Assembly: GCF_963921235.1 (NCBI RefSeq)
Contig: NC_086101.1
Coordinates: 7,132,001-7,196,000 of the forward strand
Length of the DNA stretch: 64,000 nt
Source of the DNA: Mobula hypostoma
Lineage: Eukaryota
Direction: 5' to 3'
Part shown: positions 46,046 through 58,900 of the stretch, piece by piece
Numbering within the stretch: the stretch's first letter is position 1
Layout: each line of letters opens with the position of its first letter
Notes under the pieces: generated by a model
Told to the model about the DNA's origin: nothing
Seen by the model: the letters and a program-made list of their open reading frames with translations, nothing else
The model's database searches: none
Program-made: the position numbers and the translations under genes

Positions 46046-49000
46046 GGACTTCCGCCTGCAGCTCACTGGAGTAACACACAATTTGTGTGGCTGCGTTTAA
46101 TTCTTCCTCTCCCCCAGTTTAAGCTCTGAATTTTTAACTTCTATTTGTCGGATCTTAGAGGGGAATAGTTGTTATTACAGCATGTCACAATCTTTAAGAA
46201 GTGGAAAGCAGGTTTTTGAATCCAGCAATGGAAAGGGAAAAATTTCTAAAGAAAAATCAGAAGATATGCCTGTCTGAGCTGAGCATTTAGAACATGCGTT
46301 GATGGCTCTCGACAAGAAAATAGATAAAAACACTTCTGAGATTAAGTCGTTTCGACAGAGTTTTCATTTTGTAGAGGAAAGTATTATTTCCTTGAATTCT
46401 GAACTTAAAGAGTTGAAGCGACAGAAGCGGATATTTCAGCCCGCTTGGAACAGTCTCAACGCAAGATTATCGATCTGGACGCAAGATCTCGTCGGAATAA
46501 CATTCGAATTGTTGGACTGAAGGAACGATCTGAGAGTGGGGATTTATTGGACTATTTTGCTCATTTGTTTCAAACTCTGTTTCCGGATATTTTACCTCAG
46601 CCTCCCGATATTGAAAGAGCGCGTAGAATTTTCACTTCGAAATCTCAAGATCCGAGATCAGTTTTGGTCTGCTTACTTCGTTTCAAAGTTAAAGACCAAA
46701 TCATAAAATATGCAAGGAGACACAGAGTTTTTAATTGAAGGGTTCTGAGATTCGTTTTTATGACGATTATCCACGGGAAGTTATGGAACAGCGGTTCAAA
46801 TTTGTTCCAGCTATCAAGGTAGCCCACGATAGGGGATTATTCCCATCACTTCACTATCCAGCCCAATTAAAATTATTTCCTAAGGATTCGACTCCACGTG
46901 TTTTTTCTGGATTCCAAAGCGGCATTGGACTATGTTAATTCTACTTTGGAGGTGGCCGGGGTTTGAATGGCATTAGGTCTGCTGAATAATTTTCTGAAAG
47001 AAACCAAGCTTTAAAGATTTCTGACATGTTGAAGATGTCCTTTGATCGATGGACCATTTAAAGAAGATGTGAACTTCTTGATTTGACTGATGAATGACTT
47101 TTCCGAAATCTGTTTGGTATACTGAGTGAATTAACACAGCGGGCAGATTGTTAACTGGTTTATTTATTTGTTTTTATCTTTCCTTTTCTTCATTAATTAA
47201 ATGATAGTTTTCATAGTTTATAAGGACTTTATATATATAGCGAGGAGTGCTTAGTAGTTAGATAATTAGTCTCTGTTTTTCATCTAAAAACAGTTTTTTT
47301 AATTCGGCAGTAAGTCAAAGGGATAATGGCGCCAATTTTTCTTCGTTAGAGATTACATAGACATTTTTCTGTTTGTTTGATTTTATTGTTTTGATGTCTT
47401 TGGAGATTGTTTTTGCATTCCTCAGTTTATTTTTAATGAATAAGCATAAACATTTTTTTTCCTCTGCAGGGCTTTCTTATTTTAGGGCCGTTTTTTTTTT
47501 GGGTTTTTTTTTGTAAGTGGTGGGGGGAGTTAAGGAATACTTTTATAATCACTGTTATAAATTGGGAAGCTCGCGGAGTTCTGTTTCTTTTTTATTTTTC
47601 TATGGGGCCGCACTCTAGCTCATTCTTTCTCTTTGCCAGATTACTGGCTTTTGGAATGGTGGGAGGATTGGGGTTAGTTTCGAACTATAAGTTTCATTGT
47701 AGGATTAATTTCAGTTTTTTTTATTGTATTTTTTCCATAACGGAGTTGCGGAGCATGCGTGTTTTCCATATGGTTATACTTATCACCACTATTTTTGATT
47801 ATCCCGCGTTGGTATGCGTGTATTTATGCGTTAAAATATTTTATAGTAGTTAAACAGATAAACGTTATTAGTTGGAACGTACGTGGCTAGAATCATCTTA
47901 TTAAGCGAAAGAAGACTTCTAAAATTATTAATCGATTCCAGCCCGATATAATTTTCGCTCAAGAAACGCATATCAGAACGGGTGATCAAGATAGATCTTT
48001 TTAAAATGTGGAAGGGCCTTCAATATCATGCTACTTGTCAAAATAAAACAAAGGGGTATCTATTTTTATTAAATCTAATATTTTATTTATCCAAGAAGAC
48101 ATTGTGTCAGATACTAATGGTAGATTTTTAATTGCCAAAGGAACAATTTGCAATAGAAAAAATTGTCCTGATTAATCTATATGGACTTAATGTAGATGAT
48201 CCTTCTTTTTTAAAAAACGTACTTGGTTTATTGCCAAATTTAAATGAATATATGTTGTTAATGGGTGGTAATTTTAAATGTTGTTTAAATCCTTTGATTG
48301 ACAAGAGTTCAAACAATCAGCGGCTTCCGAGCTGTTCCGCATCACTTATTAACTCCTTTTTAATCGATTATGGTTTGTTCGAAATCTGGAGGCATCTACA
48401 TCCTAATGACAGAGATTAATCCTTCTAGTCACATGCTCACAAAAATATTCGAGAATCGATTATTTTATAGCTGATTTCCGAATTTTGTCCAAAGTCCAGA
48501 AATGTGAATATGACGCTATCGCTGTCTCGGATCATGCGCCTTTCAGCTGAACTTTTGTATTGAATGATGTCGATATTGCAAACTTGTCTTGGCGTTTTCC
48601 AGAAGATTGATTACAAAGTTCGGACTTTGTCAAATTTATTGAGACTCAGATAAAAGATTTTTTTTTCTTTTTAACAATACAGGAGATTTGTCGAAATTGA
48701 TTATATGGGGTACATTTAAAGCATATTTGCGAGGTCAGATAATCTCCTGTTTAGCTAAGCTTAAGAAACAGACAAAAATAGAGTTAGATAAGATTTCAAA
48801 ATAAATTAAAGACTTGGATAATATTTATGCAATCTCTCTTAACATTGATGTATTTAACCAAAGGGTTGAACTTCAATCACAATATAACTTACTATTAACT
48901 TATCCTATTGAAAGAAATGTGCTTAAATTGAAAACTCAATTTTATGTGTTTGGAGATAAAAATAATAAGCTATTAGCATCTCAATTAAAAGCAGCTAGAG

Positions 49001-51988
49001 CTAATAGACAAATTTTAAAAATTCGAAAGAGAGCTTGTAATTATGAAGACATTAATAAAAATTTTCAAGACTTTTACATTGAACTTTATAAATATCAGTT
49101 TCCAGCTGATCTTTCTAAAATGAATGCCTTTTTACAAAAGATTGATTTTCCTAGGATTTCTGTTGAAGATCAACAAACTCTTGATGCTCCTATTACCGAA
49201 AAAGAAATTCGGAAAGCTATTCTTTCAATGCAATCTGGTAAAGCTCCTGGATTGGATGGTTATTCTGTGGGATTTTATAAAAAATTTGAAAAATTGCTTT
49301 CTCCATATATGTTGGAGACGCTCAAAGATTCTTTTTTTTTGATAGGAGAGTTACCTCCCACATTTTATGAAGCTTCTATTTCTTTAATTCTTATGAAAGA
49401 TAAAGACTCCACTGACTGTGCTTCATATAGATCTATTTCATTATGAAATCCGGATGCTAAAATTCTTTCAAACATAATGGCTAATCGACTGGAGAATATT
49501 CTAGCTAAAATTATCTCTCAGGACCAAACAGGTTTAGTAAAGGGGCATTATTCCTTCTCTAATACTCGGAGACTGTTAAATGTTATATACTCATCCTTTT
49601 CTAAGACTCCCCAATGTGTTGTTTCTCTTGATGCTGAAAATGCATTTGATAGAGTTGAATGGAAATACTTATTTAACATTTTAGCGAAATTCAACTTTGG
49701 TACTAATCTTAATAAGTGGATTAGAATGATATATAAAAGCCCTATTGCTACTGTTATTACTAATAATTGCAGATCTCCTTTTTTCAACTCTCGCGGGGTA
49801 TGAGACAAAGATGTCAGTTAAGCCCCCTATTATTTAATTTGGTGTTGGAACCCTTGGCCATTGCATTTTGTGAGGCATGGAATTTCCATAAATGGGACTA
49901 TTCATAAGATCTCCCTTTATGCTGGTGATCTCTTAGTTTATGTTTCAAATCCTGAAGAATCCATTCGTAGTTTATTGAAATTGTTAAATGAATTGGGAGA
50001 GTTTTCGGGATATAAATTAAACCTTCATAAGAGTGAATTATTTCTTCTAAATGATTCTGCTTTTATATATGATGGCATTCCTTTTAAAGTTACGGACTCT
50101 TTTAAATATTTAGGTATTATTATCACTAAAACTCACAGAGATCTTTACAGAGCTAATTTGGTTCCTTTCGTGGATTTCATGAAGCAATTATTTTGTAGAT
50201 GGAATCCATTTACAATTTCGTTAGCTGGCCGAATTCATGCAGTTAAAATGATGATTTTACCAAAGTTTTTATATGTATTTCAAAATATTCCTATTTTTTA
50301 AACTAATAAGTTTTTTTGATCAGATTGATTCATCTTTTCATCTTTTGTTTGAAATAATAGAAGACCAAGAATTGGAAAATATCATTTACAAATATTAAAA
50401 AAAGGATGGAGGTCTTGCTCTGCCTAATTTAAAAATGTACTATTGGGCTGTTAATATACGTTTTATGTGTTCCTGGTTATATTGGGTTGATAAAAATGAA
50501 CGCCCACCTTGAGCTGATTTGGAATTGAAAGCTGTGAAACAGTTTTACTTATCCTCGTTATTAGGAGCTTCTTTACCTGTACAACTGGCCAACATTTCTA
50601 ATCTAAATTTATATCCTGTGATTAAGCATTCGTTATGAATTTGGTACCTGTTTCGTAATTTTTTTAATCTCAAAAAATTTAACCTTCTTAGTTTAATTTA
50701 TCAAAATTATTTATTTAAACTTTCATTAAGTGATTCTACCTTTTTTCTTTGGAGGAATAAAGGAGTCTATTCCTTCATGGATCTGTTCCAAAAAGGCCGA
50801 TTGATTCCTTTCGAGAAATTAGTAACTAAATACTCTCTCTCGTACTCACATTCCTGAAATATCTTCAGGTCAGGCATTTCTTACAAGAATATTTAAGTAA
50901 TTTTCCATATATACAGGATTCTGACTTGTTAGACATTATTTTAAAAATGAATCATTTAGTGAAAAGTTTTATTGGGAAATTTTATAATTTACTGTTACAA
51001 CAGTACAATTACCCTTCACTCAAGATTAAGTAAGGTTGGGAAAGAGAGCTTAACATGACTTTGATAACAGAGGATTGGTTGCGAATTTTGAAGATGGTTA
51101 ATTCTTCTTCGATTTGTGCCAGTCACTCTTTAATTCAATTTAAAATTGCAAATCGTTACTATTTGACAAAGGAGAGACTATCTAAAATGTTTCCTAATGT
51201 TGGTAGTCAGTGTGATAGATGTAAAACCGAAACAACTACATTGACACATATGTTTTGGTCATGTTCTGTATTGAAACAGTTTTGGAAATCTATTTTCTCT
51301 ACAATTTTTAAAGCTTTAAAAATTAATTTACAACCTAATAAATTTACAGTCTTGTTCGGTATAATCCCTCAATATATTCATGGTATTTCTATACCAGACC
51401 AAGAAGTAATTGCATTTGTTACGTTATTGGCCAGAAGGGCTATTTTATTGAAATGGAAAGATGTCTCTGCTCCCACCTTGATACAGTGGTTCTCTCAGGT
51501 GATGCCATGTCTTTGTTTGGAGAAAATCAGAAGTCTAACTTTTGATCCTCAATTTGACTGAGAAAAGGTGGGGTTCTTTGCCCGCTACTATAATCTGATT
51601 TGAGTTAATTAAGATAGTTTCCTTCTGATTCTTGTTTAAATGGATCTGAGCTGGCGTATTGATGTTTTTCTTTTATGGAAGCTTGTATGACGCATATTTC
51701 CAGGGTTGTGCTCCCAATGGTTTTTTTTTCTCTTTTCCTGTTTTTTTTGTTAGCAGGGTTTTTTTTTGTTTTAGTTAGTAGAGGTACTTGTTTTCCTTCT
51801 TTCTTTTTTCCAAAAAAAATCAACACTTTATTTTTTCTTCTTATTATTGATATGTTGTTTAGCTTTGTTAATCAGTTATTTGGTAATTTAATTCCTCATT
51901 GTATATTGACATGTTGACTTGATTACTTTAATGTATTTTTTGTTGATCTCAATAATAATCAATAAAAAAGATTTTAAAATGAAAATGA
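46046..51988 (+). mobile_element. Full-length (5.94 kb) inactivated L1 LINE
   Basis: 12-bp TSD AAGAAGAAACTG (46034-46045, 51989-52000); ORF1 DLDARSRRNNIRIVGL; ORF2 APE, GKAPGLDG, SLDAE.AFDRVEW, CDRC...HMFWSC; many stops and frameshifts. Confidence 0.95.
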
Positions 51989-52009
51989 AAGAAGAAACTG
52001 CATTTCTAA

Positions 52010-52680
52010 AATTCATAGAATCTAGAACAGCATAGCATAGTACAAGCCCTTCGGCCCAGGACATTGTGCTGACCTTTTAACATAATCTCAGATCAATTTA
52101 ACCCTTCTCTCCCACGTCTTCTTCTTCTACTTAAGCACCATCACCCCTGCTGGGACAGAGGCCGCCAGCAATAGCTGTCCAGAGTCCATAAGACCCTAAG
52201 ACCATAAGGCACAGGAACAGCATTAGGCCATTCAGCCCATCGAGTCTGTTCTGCTATTCCACCATGGCTGATCCCCGATCCCACTCAACCCCATACACCA
52301 CTTCCTTTGATGCCCTGACCAATTAGGAAACGATCAACTTCCACCTCAAATGTACACACAGACGGCCTTCACCACCGTCTGTGGCAGAGCATTCCACAGA
52401 TTTACAATTCTCTAGATAAAAAAGTTCCCACTTATCTCTGTCGCCTGTCAATTTTGAGGCTGTACCTTCTAGTTCTGGATGACCCCACCATAGCAAACAT
52501 CTCCAAATCTACCTTTTCTAGTCCTTTCAACATTTGGTAGGTTTCAATGAGACCCCCCCACCCCCCCGCTTTCTTTTAAGTTACAGTGACTACAGTCCCA
52601 AAGCTGCTAAATCCTCTTCATATGTTAACCCCTTCATTCCCGGAGTCATCATCGTGAACCTCTTCCGGACTGTCTCCAAA
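52010..52680 (-). mobile_element. CR1 3' fragments
   Basis: Tail repeats and similarity to 24685-25350. Confidence 0.75.
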
Positions 52681-53269
52681 GTCTCAGTGCCTCAGCGATA
52701 GAAGCAGGGGTCTATAACACCAGACAAGTACCAAGATGCAGACTGTGCAAGGAATCCACTGAAACCATCCAGCACATAGTAGCAGCGTGCAAGATGCAGG
52801 CAGGGATATATATATATATATATATATATGTTCCTTTCAACAGTACTGTAGTAATTCTATGCGTTCCACTGTACTGCTGCGGAAAACAAAACACATTTCA
52901 TGACATATGTGAGTAATGGTACACCCGATTCCGATATGGGTCTCTATTGTGGATTTAGAGTGGGAAGCAGGGGCGGGAGAGGGAATACCCGGACCAACAT
53001 TCCCTAATGATCAATAAACCAATTTTTGGTGTAAAATGACCTTGCCAGTGTCTCAGGGTGAGCGTGTCTCACCCGCTCCACCCCAGCACACCATCTCTGC
53101 CATCTGTCCAACACACCTGCCACGGCACTCCAACGAGATCTTATCAAATGTCCCACTGAGGTACACGTAAACAAGACTTGCTGTGGTATGTTGGTGTCAC
53201 ATGCAATAAAAGCAACAGCCAACCTAAAGTACGAATATGGAATAAAATATGTACAAATGCATAAATAAC

Positions 53270-54336
53270 TGTCATGGTCCAGTCTGTGAAGTCCACATTC
53301 CGGTTCACGGTCCAGTCCATCGATTCTTATTCCAGGTTTTCCAGTTTTCCCTTGTCCTGTTGTGCGTCTTAATTGTGGCACACGATTCTCATTTTGGGCT
53401 GTCTACATAAACAGCTCCTGGGTTCAGCTTCAGTTGCTGGACTGTTCCCTTCCCTTCTCCTTCCTTCTGTAGCCCTCACCTGCAACCTTTGCCTGAAGCC
53501 TCGCCTGAAGCCTTGCCTGAAACCTTTGCCTGAAGTCTAGCCTGCAACCTCGCTTGTGTCCACGCCTCCGCTAGGTAGGTCTAGCCATTTGCTGCTACCT
53601 TGTGTTGGGAACCGTCTCTGTGTCCACACCTCTACTAGGTAGTTCTGGCCGTTTGCCACTACCTTGTGTTGGGAACCATCCCGTCATGTTCAGCATTCTG
53701 AGTATGAGTCCTGGCCCTACGTACTGTTCCCAAGGAGGAGTCCCGGCTCTGTGTTCTGCATTCATGTCTCCCAAGACCAAGTCTCTGTGTTCTGCATTCC
53801 TGTTCTCCCTCGAACAAGGCTCTGCATTCCTGTTCTCCCTCAAGACCAAGGCTCTGCATTCCTGTTCTCCCTCAAGACCAAGGCTCTGCGTTCCTGTTCC
53901 TGTTCTCCCTCATCCAAGTCAAGGCTTCGTGTTCTCCAACTGTCCATGTACCTCACCCATCCCATTGCTGGGGTTCCCTCGTCCTGTCCAGGAGTCTCAC
54001 GTCCAGTCCTAGTTGCCACTCCTCATCCTGTAGCCACGTCTTGTCCTTGCCTAGATCTGGGGTCCAAGCCCGAGTCAAGACCCAGGTTCTGGGTCCCTGT
54101 CCAGTCTCTGGCTCGGAGTCCTTGTCCAGGTTCCTAGTTCTTCTTCCTTGTCCAGGTCCAGCTTTCCTAGTCTAGTCCTAGCCCGGGCCCTGTATCCTAG
54201 CCTCGTCCAGGGCTTGTGTCTTGTCCAGCGCCATTTCTTCCCCACTTTCCTTGCTTGCTTGACACACCTACTCCTGTTCCTAGTACTTCAGTGTCTGTCT
54301 TTCATTTGGGTCCGCCACCAGCGCCCCCTTATGACA
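53270..54336. mobile_element. Solo LTR (1067 bp) with internal short tandem repeats
   Basis: TGTCAT...ATGACA termini; exact 5-bp TSD ATAAC. Confidence 0.8.
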
Positions 54337-54524
54337 ATAACACCATCGCTTAAAGTATGAATGTGGAATAAAATATATACAAATGCATAAATAACACCAT
54401 ATAAACAGCATTATAAAAAGTGAGTTGTGCAGTGACGGGGGTAATAGGTAGGGGGAACATGTGGGGGTGGGGGCTAACTCGATGGCTGATCAGGTTAACT
54501 CATTTATTCATACTTTTTCACACT

Positions 54525-55130
54525 AGGATCTCCCAGTGGCCGCACATTTTAATTCCACATCCCATTCCCATTCTGATATGTCTATCCATGGCCTCCTCTA
54601 CTGTCAAGATGAAGCCACACTCAGGTTGGGGGAACAACACCTTGTATTCCATCTGCATAGCCTCCAACCTGATGGTATGAACATTGACTTCTCTAACTTC
54701 CGTTAATGCCCCACCTCCCCTTTGTACTCCATCTGTTATTTATTTATTTATTTAATATTTTTTCTCTCTCTCCTTTTTCTCCCTCTGTCCCTCTCACTAC
54801 ACTCCTCGCCCATCCCCCTCCCCCTTTTCCTTCTCCCTGGGTCTCCTGTCCCATGATCCTCTCATATCCCTTTTGCCAATCACCTGTCCAGCTCTTGGCT
54901 CCATCCCTCCACCTCCTGTCTTCTCCTATCATTTCGGATCTCCCCCTCCCCCTCCCCCTCCCCCTCCCCCTTTCAAATCTCTTACTAGCTCTTCTTTCAG
55001 TTAGTCCTGACAAAGGGTCTCAGCCCGAAACTCCTCTTCCTAGAGATGCTGCCTGGCCTGCTGCGGTCACCAGCAACTTTTGTGTGTGTTGCTGGAAATT
55101 CCAGCATCTGCAGATTTCCTCGTGTTTGCA
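54525..55130 (+). mobile_element. Penelope-like element 3' fragment
   Basis: Post-GIY-YIG remnant, pyrimidine tract and a decayed terminal motif at ~55003; same family as 36279-36731. Confidence 0.8.
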
Positions 55131-55455
55131 GTTTTTAATTGATTAGCTAATAATTTACCAGATTTATCACTATGTATATAAAACACGCTTCTTGTTTTCA
55201 TTAATTGATTTTCAATTGAAGATGTTAACAGTAAACTATGTTCCATTTGAAGTTCGACTCTGTGTTTATAAAGTTCCTCACTGGGAGCAGTGGCATCTTT
55301 CTTATCAAATTCTTTAATCTTCTCAATTAACGTATTTCGTTCTTGATACATTTTTTCAATCCAGCAGAATAGGAGATAATCTGTCCACGGATATATGCTT
55401 TAAAAGTGTCCCATAATACCCCGCTGGAAATTTCTGCCGCAGCGTCAATTGTTAA
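55130..55455 (-). mobile_element. L1 ORF2 internal fragment
   Basis: LWDTFKAYIRGQIISY and FYIHSDKSGKLLANQLK on the minus strand. Confidence 0.85.
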
Positions 55456-55504
55456 GTAACTCCCCTCTTAAAGCATTCTGGATCAGGAAGTGTTGGTAAT
55501 CAAA

Positions 55505-55912
55505 ATGGCTTCGATACAGCTGGTTAGCTTAACCGAAGAAATAAGTTGTCCCATTTGCCTGGATTTCTTCACCGACCCGGTTATACTGGAGTGCGGACAC
55601 AACTTCTGCCGCTCCTGTCTCACACAGTGTTGGGAAAGGGAGGAGAGAAACTCCTGCCCGGAATGTAGAGAGGAGTTTGCAGACCGCACCCTCAGGGTCA
55701 ATCGAGCCTTAGCAAATCTGTCTGAGAAAGCTCGAAAACTAAACCTGAATCCGAAAGAGAAGGAAAGTAAACTTCACTGCGAGGAACACGAGGAAGAACT
55801 GAAGCTGTTTTGTGAGACGGACAAGACACTGATCTGTGTGATCTGTAGAGATGCGCAGGAACACAGAGACCACCGCTTCCTGCCGATTAAAGAAGCTGTG
55901 AAAATGTACAAG
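55505..55912 (+). CDS. TRIM-3 exon 1, RING + B-box2
   Basis: AAAATGG start; [27 protein letters not shown]. Confidence 0.96.
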
Positions 55913-58900
55913 GTAAATAGAAAGGCCGTTTGATCACGTGATTATCGGATTACATTTTCAATATCTTTTTTTACACACTGCATTTCAGGCTCAGATCGAA
56001 TCTTCCATAGAATCGCTCGCAAAAAGGACGCCAGTAATCCAAGAAATGGAGCAACGTCAGAGGCAGAAGATCTCTGAATTTAGGGTAAGGACTTCTTCTA
56101 AAGCGTGAATTTGTGTCGATTTATTGCTCTTATGCATCACAAAAAACCTGTCCCTACACCTGCGACCTCACCACCATTATTCTTTCTAGCTCATCACCCT
56201 TAGGGGCAGAGGCTGCTGACGGCAGTTCGCCAGCGTCCTCTGTCCTGGGCCAGACTAAGATCCTTTCCGTCCCAGGAATGAGGTTTTTAGAGTTTCCGTT
56301 GGCGTTTCTGCAATTTTGGGTTTTTACGGGATGGGGTTTCTAGTCTCATGGCCAAACTGCACTTTTTCAACCGTGCTTGGGACCGATCACCACCATTCGG
56401 GGCCCTATAGCAGTTCTTCTAGGGGAGACAGCACTTCACATGTCAATCCACTGGGGTCTTTTGCTGTTTCCGGTGCTTTCAGTGTAGCCTCCCCTACATC
56501 GGTGAGACCCGTCGGAGGTTGCCCACCTTCATTCCATCCACTGTAAAAGCAAGGATCTCTCGGTTGCCAGCTATTTTAATTCTGCTTCCCGTTCCCACAC
56601 TGATATGTCTGTACACTCCCTCCTCTGACGTTACGTTGAGACCAGATGCTGGGTGGAGGAGCAGTTCCCAATACTCCACCTTATTTACCTCCAAACTGAC
56701 GGCATTGACGCCAATTTATCTGACTTCGGGTATGAAGCATCTTCAATAACTCCAAAAGACTGAAGTTGGGTAAATACTGAAAGGCTTTTATTCGCTGTAC
56801 AATACGTCTTCCATGCTGAGTGCCTGCCCCCAGTCTGAGGAGGAGGGGCAAGGCGAAATCACCTTTATTCAGGGTTCTGCGGGAGGAACCACAAGGGCAG
56901 TCAACAGAGGGGCGTGTCCAGACAGTTAACCCAATTACAACATATATATGGTTTACCACAGGGTAACCACTCCCGTCGGTCTTCCACTCCCTTCTTTATT
57001 TCCTCTTCACCCACTGGGCTCTTTCTTTCTTTACTCACGCACCTCCCCCCATCCTCATGATTTACACATCACGCATACTTTCCCGTTCCTCACCTCCTTA
57101 CCTTTATTCCATGGTCTACTCTCCTCTCCTATCAGAGTCCTTCTTCTGCTGCTTCATCTTTTAACTATCACCTCCCAATTTCTCACATTATTCCCTCCCC
57201 CGCCCCCTCACCTGGATTTACTTGCTGACTGCCAGCTCGTAATCACAGCCCACTTCCCTCGCTTTTTGTTCTGGCCTCTGCTCTCTGTGTTACCAGTCCT
57301 GATGAAGGATCTCGTCTAAAAATGTCGACTGCTCATTTCCACCTATAGGTGCTGATGCTCCCAGCCTGCTGTTTCGTGCGTGTTTCCTCAGATTCCCAGC
57401 ACCTACAGCCTCCCTCATCTGTGCCTCACAACAATACTGTACTCGCCTTTCATTCGACAGGAACAGTCACATATTCTGCATTTCCATGTCACATCTGAAT
57501 TCGCTAAAATGCACCAGATTCTCACTGAGAAAGAGCAGCGCGTGCTTAGAGACCTCAAGGACGAAGAGGAGAGGATTCTAAACAGAATGGAGAAAAATCT
57601 TCGAGAGATTCAGGAGGATTTAAATTCTATACAGCGGGAAGTCTCAAAGTTACAGAAACGATTGGAGCAAGAAGGTGTGGTATTTCTGAAGGTGAACAAT
57701 GATACTTCAGGTTAGTTCAGTCGAAGTGCAGTCACAGAGCAGTAGGTGCAAAGCTGTACAGTCTTGGAAATGCCTGTGACGACTTGTGGAATGAGATGTT
57801 GCATCGTTGATAGAGTGTGATTTTATCTGCATCTCCCTCGGTCAATGTTTTAGAAGAATGGCCGGGGGGGGGGGGTGGCGGTGCGTCTCATTGAAACATA
57901 TCGAATATTGAAAGTCCGAGGCAGAGTGGATGTGGAGGGTATGTTTCCAATAGTGGAAGAGTCTAGTGGGTGTGTCCAGGACCAGAAGGCACAGCCTCAG
58001 AATAGAAGGATTTAGAACAGAGATGAGTAGGAATTTCTTCAGCCAGAGACAGCTCTGGAGCCAAGTCATTGGATATATTTAAAACAGAGCTTGATAAGCT
58101 CTTGATGAGACAGGGTGTCAAAGATTACGGGGAGGAGGCAGGAGAATGGGGTTGATATATCAGGCATGACAGAATGGCAGAGCAGGCTCGATGGGGGCCA
58201 ATGGCCTAATTCTCCCCTATGTCTTATGGCCAATATACCCCCAACCTGACGTTCAAATCCAAGTGCACCTGCAAGCTGTCAACGTGTCTGATGTAACAGG
58301 GACTGTTTTGCGGCTCGGTACTAACGCTAAGTTCCAGAACATGACACGTACAGTAGATTTATGTATATCCGATTTCCCTTGATAATATTCAGAAATTTTG
58401 GTGTAATTTGCTCTGTTTTTGAAATATATTCTGCATAGAATTATGTCATTTTGAAGATCGTAGATAGACTATTCTGCTCTGTGCCCATGTTCCCATTTCA
58501 GAAGAACTTCCTCCCACTTCATCCAACCAAAACGCTTTTAATTTAATTTTCCCTCATGGATTCATCCAGTTTCCCCTTACAAATTTGCTTCTAACATTTC
58601 TGTGGTCACGCCTTCCTGATTTCACTTCTGAAATGTATGTGGAGATATGGTGTCCATCAAAGACCATCATATACCATTTCTCCATGCAATTTTTATGAAA
58701 TCTACCGACAATTTAAGATCCACTATGACATAATTCATTCCATTGTATAGAGGTAGAAGTGTGTTCGCTCCTTCCTGTTTGTTGTGTCCTCTCTGTTATC
58801 ACAAACATTTCTTCACCCTGGTGCTTTAACGCATGTTTTGTTTCTCAGAGATTTATGCCTGCTCTCTGTGCGTCATGCAGAATTTAGAATTTCTGTCAAT

